Positions 59,094 through 64,000 of a DNA stretch of 64,000 nt are shown in pieces (position 1 is the first letter of the stretch; the number at the start of each line of letters is the position of its first letter). The position numbers were made by a program, and so were the translations under genes. The notes beneath the pieces were generated by a model. The model was not told where the DNA came from, made no database searches, and was given only the letters and a program-made list of their open reading frames with translations. The DNA is from a virus (lineage: Duplodnaviria; Caudoviricetes), in the IMG/VR virus record IMGVR_UViG_3300016744_000001, one strand, 5' to 3'.

Positions 59094-60689
59094 ATGCTTC
59101 AGTTAGTTGAAGTCGATAACTTCTACGAAAAGACAATGGTTGTTGAACTGAAAATGAGTGGGTTTGAAATTGACCTTCTCAGTCAGCATCCTGAACTTGG
59201 GCAGTTCAATGTCAAAACGTTCTACATCTTCATCAAGGCTCGCAACACGGATATGGCGTATGGTCCCGTCAATCAGTTCTTGTCTGACCTAACCGTGGAA
59301 AAACAGCAGAAGATCGCAATTGCACTGGTCATGATGAATGGCATCATGCGGACAGCTGCTGAAAACACTGAAGACATCAACCAGCTACTGGATCAGTGTG
59401 GGATGATCCTTGACACTCTGGATCAGGAAATCAATCTGTGTGACGATATCCTGAGCTGGGTGAAAACCTTTGTGCCCATCTCTGACATGTCTTCTGCCGG
59501 CAGTGGTCCACACCACAGTGCCGACATGACGTTCCATCAGGATGAAGCGATCACAATTACGGCGATCACAATCCTATCCAAGTTGTTCTCTCCTGTAGTC
59601 GGTGAATTCATCTACCGACATGCTGGTTTGATCAACAACCTGTATAAGGAAAGCTTTGCTTGCAGTATGTTTACTCAGCTGTTCAAGCGGAAGTATTCTG
59701 ACATCATCAAGAAGATGCAGCATTATGTCGGAAATCTTGTTGCAAACAAGATGAAGTCAGTTGACATGACAATCCATTATCGGGGATTCACTCCTGAGAT
59801 GATTGCCAGAATCATCATGGACACAACGATCATCAAGAAGTTCGTGTCTATCGATCTGTTCAAGCCAGACGGTAATGTTATCAAGTACATTGCCGCCTGT
59901 ATCACCAGCTACATCGAAAGTCAGCAAAAGAATGGTGGTGCGAAGTTTAAGGTTGACTCATTCACCGATCCCAAGGATGGTGATGCCATCACTGGTACTG
60001 AGGAAACCAACAGCTCCCGTATCGAGATTGAGTCATCTGCATCTCACAAACCAATGCTGGCGCCGCCAATGTCCAGATTCGCGGCGAAGTGGATCATCAG
60101 ACAGTCACTGATTGATGAGAACATCAGTGCGGAAGAATTTGAAAAGAGCACCAGCTTCTTTGAGAAGAATCCTATTGTGATCTCACCGATCCCGCTGTTT
60201 ATCCTGAGCACTTATTTTGGGCCTGATGCTGGCGGTGGTCACTCAATCTATCTGCTGGATGCTCCGCTGACGATTCGTCTAGCGGCTCTACTGCAGATCA
60301 TCGCTGCTCGTTCAGGCGCCGACGCAATTGCCAACATGCTGACCATGAAGATCACCACTGAGGATCGTCTTGGCCAAGCTACTGACTTTAACTTCTCAAA
60401 CTCATGGAGAGCTTCTCCTGAGTACGCTGAATGCCGCAGAACAGTCTGCAACGGCTTTGGTGAGATCACCTGGGATTGTCATCTCCGGGAGCTCGCGACT
60501 ACCCTGACGTCCAAGACATTTATCTATCATACTCCGCAGCATGTGTGGGATATCCTTGGACAGGAAAACAAAAATGGAACTGTCTTTAACGAACAGCTAC
60601 CATTCATGCTGCAGCTTCTGAAGTTGATTTCAACCCTCTGGAAACAACGGAGCCTCACCAATGATAAAGCTGATTCGGCGACTTCCTAG
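59094..60689 (+). CDS. nvRNAP fifth / sigma-like subunit (phiKZ gp68-like)
   Basis: About 530 aa, helical; TF..DE, K...PV.GEFI motif; synteny. Confidence 0.65.
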   Translation: MLQLVEVDNFYEKTMVVELKMSGFEIDLLSQHPELGQFNVKTFYIFIKARNTDMAYGPVNQFLSDLTVEKQQKIAIALVMMNGIMRTAAENTEDINQLLDQCGMILDTLDQEINLCDDILSWVKTFVPISDMSSAGSGPHHSADMTFHQDEAITITAITILSKLFSPVVGEFIYRHAGLINNLYKESFACSMFTQLFKRKYSDIIKKMQHYVGNLVANKMKSVDMTIHYRGFTPEMIARIIMDTTIIKKFVSIDLFKPDGNVIKYIAACITSYIESQQKNGGAKFKVDSFTDPKDGDAITGTEETNSSRIEIESSASHKPMLAPPMSRFAAKWIIRQSLIDENISAEEFEKSTSFFEKNPIVISPIPLFILSTYFGPDAGGGHSIYLLDAPLTIRLAALLQIIAARSGADAIANMLTMKITTEDRLGQATDFNFSNSWRASPEYAECRRTVCNGFGEITWDCHLRELATTLTSKTFIYHTPQHVWDILGQENKNGTVFNEQLPFMLQLLKLISTLWKQRSLTNDKADSATS

Positions 60690-61908
60690 AATTCGCAATC
60701 TTCCAACCATCAATGTTGATAACATCGTGCAGTACTGTGTTTCTGTTCCACAGGAAAATGATCTTATCGACATTGACTTTGGGTCATTTGGGCAGTTAGT
60801 TCGGCTGCCCAAATGTACTCAAAATAAAAAAGCAGTGGACATCTGGCAGATCGTTGAAGTCTGCCATCCGTACTTACATGTCCATTATGCTGAAGAAATC
60901 AAACCTGGTCGTTTCCAGGTGATCCTCTCCGCCGTTTACGAAGAGCGCACTGGGAACCTGGTGACGTACCACATCCCCAGCACTCACAACGTGGACAAGC
61001 TGAAGAATGTACATCAATGGAACGCTGATAAATTCACGTTTAGCCGTATCCTGCTTGACGATCAGCGGCTTGAGGAAACTCCATACATCGAAGCCTGGTG
61101 TGGGCTGGTTGAAACACTGGAGTCAGCAAACAGGTTGCCCATCTTTGCAGTGGCTGATCTGGATCATGTTGACAGTCTCTGCAGGGAAGCTGAAGCTGCT
61201 TGCCATGCGCATCCTTCGTTTCTGAGTGCCTGGCTTGATGACATTTACAGGAGTGAGTTTGGTCTCAATGCTGATGCAGAAATGAAAACCAGCCGGTTAC
61301 TTCATGATGCTCCCAGTAACGAAATCTTCCATAGCTCAGATCTGGAAAGTCATCTAGTGGCTGGAAGTAGTGTGGAGACCAATACGGCAAAGCTCTTTGA
61401 GCAAAGCTTTGAAGATCTCTTGTCCAAATCCTCTGGCATCATCAGTATGCGTCAGGATGGGATCAGTGGTCGACTGCCATATCACACCGAAAACAGCTTC
61501 ATCATGGCGGGTGATGTCATTTTGCACTTCCTGACATCACCCATCACCAACATGGAGATCACGTATCGCTATGCTGCATCCGAAGGTAAACTCTATATTA
61601 CTAAGGGTGAATGCAGTAACGAACTTATCGATACCAAGAAACCAATCAATCTCCAAAACGCTGATGAAGTTCCCTCTAATTTAAAGAGGTGGATACTCGA
61701 ACTTGCTCGGTTGTTGACCAGCAGGATCATCAAACCGCACACCCCAAAAGACTTCAACCTTGGAAGTGTCAAGGTAACTTTTGCTGATTTCAATCTGGTG
61801 ATTCAGTTGTTCTCAACAGAAACGAACCGAAAGTCGTTATCTCTCGTACTGCCAATCCTCTCAGTGATCAATGGTATACCAATCACTGAATGGAAAGCTG
61901 ACGAGTAG
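60661..61908 (+). CDS. Hypothetical protein inserted in the core block
   Basis: 415 aa ORF, GGAG RBS. Confidence 0.7.
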   Translation: MIKLIRRLPRIRNLPTINVDNIVQYCVSVPQENDLIDIDFGSFGQLVRLPKCTQNKKAVDIWQIVEVCHPYLHVHYAEEIKPGRFQVILSAVYEERTGNLVTYHIPSTHNVDKLKNVHQWNADKFTFSRILLDDQRLEETPYIEAWCGLVETLESANRLPIFAVADLDHVDSLCREAEAACHAHPSFLSAWLDDIYRSEFGLNADAEMKTSRLLHDAPSNEIFHSSDLESHLVAGSSVETNTAKLFEQSFEDLLSKSSGIISMRQDGISGRLPYHTENSFIMAGDVILHFLTSPITNMEITYRYAASEGKLYITKGECSNELIDTKKPINLQNADEVPSNLKRWILELARLLTSRIIKPHTPKDFNLGSVKVTFADFNLVIQLFSTETNRKSLSLVLPILSVINGIPITEWKADE

Positions 61909-62003
61909 TTATATTTGACGAAAACCTATTACTAAATGTTGGGCGGAGGAAACTCCGCTCAATATTCAAACACCCGTTTTAACCGATAAGCCGAGGAGTT
62001 AAA

Positions 62004-63629
62004 GTGAGCAGCGGTCTTTTTCGTGGTGGAAACCGGTCTCTAAGAGATCTCAGTTTGTTTGGGCAGGATACCTCTCCAGCGAGAGTGAATGACTCCATCT
62101 TCAACAAAACACACTCGAGTCAGCCGAGTGTCATGTTGTACATCTTCTCGCCATGCACCCGCGAAGATCCGATCATCCGACCGCATTCGTACAACCTTGA
62201 TCCCGAAACGATGAACACGATTCAGGAGACGGTGTCGAATGTTCGTCAGGATACTCTCAGGTCAATCAGCGGTGTGGCCAGAGATAAATTCTATCTGCAA
62301 AACGATCCGAACATTGATCAGGCGCTGATGCCTGGCAACATGTCCTTTCGTTTTGGTCGCAACTACTTGAATGATCTGCCTTCATTCGTGTTGATGGTGA
62401 ACAACGCATCAATCCAATCACGAGTGGCTGTCAATGGCAATCTCAAGAACTCCATCATCTACACGGGTTACTTCCTTGATGAACCCATTTCCAGACGTGG
62501 GGGTTATCTGAACCCTGAATGTGAGATGGTCTTTACTCACATGACTCAGATTGATGTTGATGAAGTAGCGGCAAACACTGGTTACAACGCCATTGCCAGA
62601 CCCCGACTGGATGTTGATATCCTGAGTCCCAGGATTCTTGATCTTGACAGCACTCACGATGATGAGCGGAAGTATTTACTCTCTCCGGTGGAAGTCGTTG
62701 GGGCAATTGCTGATGACACCTCGCCTGATCGGCCATACGACGTTGTGGATCAGGAAATCGCCACGCTGGAACGCAAAGACTTTGCAGCTACCGAAATCTC
62801 AGTCTACAATTCTCCGCGTCAGCAAATGAATCGCGTCCTCAGCAGTTTGGCAAAAACTGTGGTGGAATTCGACGCTGACACCTCCAACCCCATGTCTGGT
62901 CTTGGCCGGGCACCTTCTCTCTTCTCTGATCGATTCGGGATCAAGAAGACATTCCAGAACTTCCTTGGCGGTACGTATTCAGATCGACTGATCGGTCCGG
63001 ACTACCGCAAGGTTATTACAGTTGGGCAATTGTCACGGATGTATCCAAGTGTTGAAGACAACCTCACGTATATCCAACTGCCTGACGATATGACCATGTC
63101 TGTGATCGATGAGGAAAACACTGATCTCTTGACGATCATGTCGTGTTTCCTCAAACACTCAGTGCCCTCGGTCTTTGCTGATCATGGCATCAGCCAGATC
63201 GCTTTCCGGTATGCCACGTCTGATCCTCGTGATAACTTTATCACCAGACGTGATCGTGAACCCATCTGGGACATCATTGAGTGCCAACCGTTCATGGCTG
63301 AACCGATTGAGCATACTCGTGAACGTGTCGAAATGATGTTCAGACATCTTCGGGAGTATGTGTTCTCGGTTGTGGAAAACATCTGCGATGACATCGAAGT
63401 GCTCATTCAGCATCGGTCATGCGCGGATACTGTCATCCAGTTGCAGCTACGTGACCACACTGAAGAAATCAATGATGGTTTCTCTGTATTGCAGGGATCA
63501 CTTGGTGGGATCGTGTCACCCAACCTTGGTGGCAGTGACAACTTTGAAAACCACAACAGTACTCTGACATCCATGCTTGACTTGGTGGATGCAACAATGT
63601 CGCCGTCCCAGGACCGCCACTTCTATTAA
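62004..63629 (+). CDS. picA: PicA/Imp1-like nuclear import factor (phiKZ gp69-like)
   Basis: 541 aa, GAGGAG RBS; FVLMV..IYTGY.D....G.LNPECEMVF pattern; position after gp68-like. Confidence 0.55.
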   Translation: MSSGLFRGGNRSLRDLSLFGQDTSPARVNDSIFNKTHSSQPSVMLYIFSPCTREDPIIRPHSYNLDPETMNTIQETVSNVRQDTLRSISGVARDKFYLQNDPNIDQALMPGNMSFRFGRNYLNDLPSFVLMVNNASIQSRVAVNGNLKNSIIYTGYFLDEPISRRGGYLNPECEMVFTHMTQIDVDEVAANTGYNAIARPRLDVDILSPRILDLDSTHDDERKYLLSPVEVVGAIADDTSPDRPYDVVDQEIATLERKDFAATEISVYNSPRQQMNRVLSSLAKTVVEFDADTSNPMSGLGRAPSLFSDRFGIKKTFQNFLGGTYSDRLIGPDYRKVITVGQLSRMYPSVEDNLTYIQLPDDMTMSVIDEENTDLLTIMSCFLKHSVPSVFADHGISQIAFRYATSDPRDNFITRRDREPIWDIIECQPFMAEPIEHTRERVEMMFRHLREYVFSVVENICDDIEVLIQHRSCADTVIQLQLRDHTEEINDGFSVLQGSLGGIVSPNLGGSDNFENHNSTLTSMLDLVDATMSPSQDRHFY

Positions 63630-63653
63630 CCACTAAAAGTAGACGAGGGTATA

Positions 63654-64000
63654 ATGCCGGATACAAACGAACTGTCCGCAGTCGAGGTCCACGACACGCT
63701 TCAGCGAATCGTGACTGAGATCCTGCAATTGGGAATGACACTGATCGTTCACGATGACGGGCACATCTCCTGGGCGACATCACCGAACACTCCCATTGTA
63801 CTTACTCAGGATCAGAAGAAAAAGAAAGACCCCATGCCGTTGTGCACGTACATGACGGATTGCCGTATCCCTGGGGCGCTAATCCTGAACCCACTGAATG
63901 AAAGTGTTGGTGAAATGACCAGTGAAAAACGCTGGTACTACAGTGTCACCAACATGGCGCACAGCATGGCTTTTGCTCAGGTGATCCGTAGCATGCTGGA
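63654..64000 (+). CDS. phiKZ gp70-position protein (partial, runs off the window)
   Basis: GAGG RBS; MPDTNELS...ILNPLNESVGE...; open to the window end. Confidence 0.55.
   Translation, partial: MPDTNELSAVEVHDTLQRIVTEILQLGMTLIVHDDGHISWATSPNTPIVLTQDQKKKKDPMPLCTYMTDCRIPGALILNPLNESVGEMTSEKRWYYSVTNMAHSMAFAQVIRSML

Noticed and set aside
1-64000. tRNA genes or stop-codon reassignment
   Set aside because: No cloverleaf recognised in the short intergenic gaps; genes are full length under code 11 and use all three stops.

Overview
This is a 64 kb segment of a phiKZ-like jumbo phage, very probably nucleus-forming (Chimalliviridae). The assignment rests on conserved gene order plus motifs. One block runs DnaB-like helicase / gp119-like head protein / major capsid protein. 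A second runs chimallin (ChmA) candidate, nvRNAP beta' subunit, SbcD, ChmC-like, gp68-like, PicA/Imp1-like, gp70-like. The window also holds a split family-B DNA polymerase half, RuvC, UvsX, TATATTAC early promoters and about 18 long intergenic hairpins. The most unusual elements are: (1) tandem radical SAM/SPASM enzymes at the left edge; (2) a LigA-derived protein lacking the adenylation domain; (3) a candidate -1 programmed frameshift (A_AAA_AAA plus stem-loop) extending an early protein; (4) five diverged tandem paralogues; (5) a temperate-myophage-style tail fibre cassette, together with a 16-aa FG..PFDQGxF motif grafted into two paralogous structural proteins. phiKZ gene equivalences come from synteny and remembered motifs, not from database searches. 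Start codons were moved to the best RBS-supported site where the ORF track start looked too long. No tRNA, rRNA or CRISPR array was seen.
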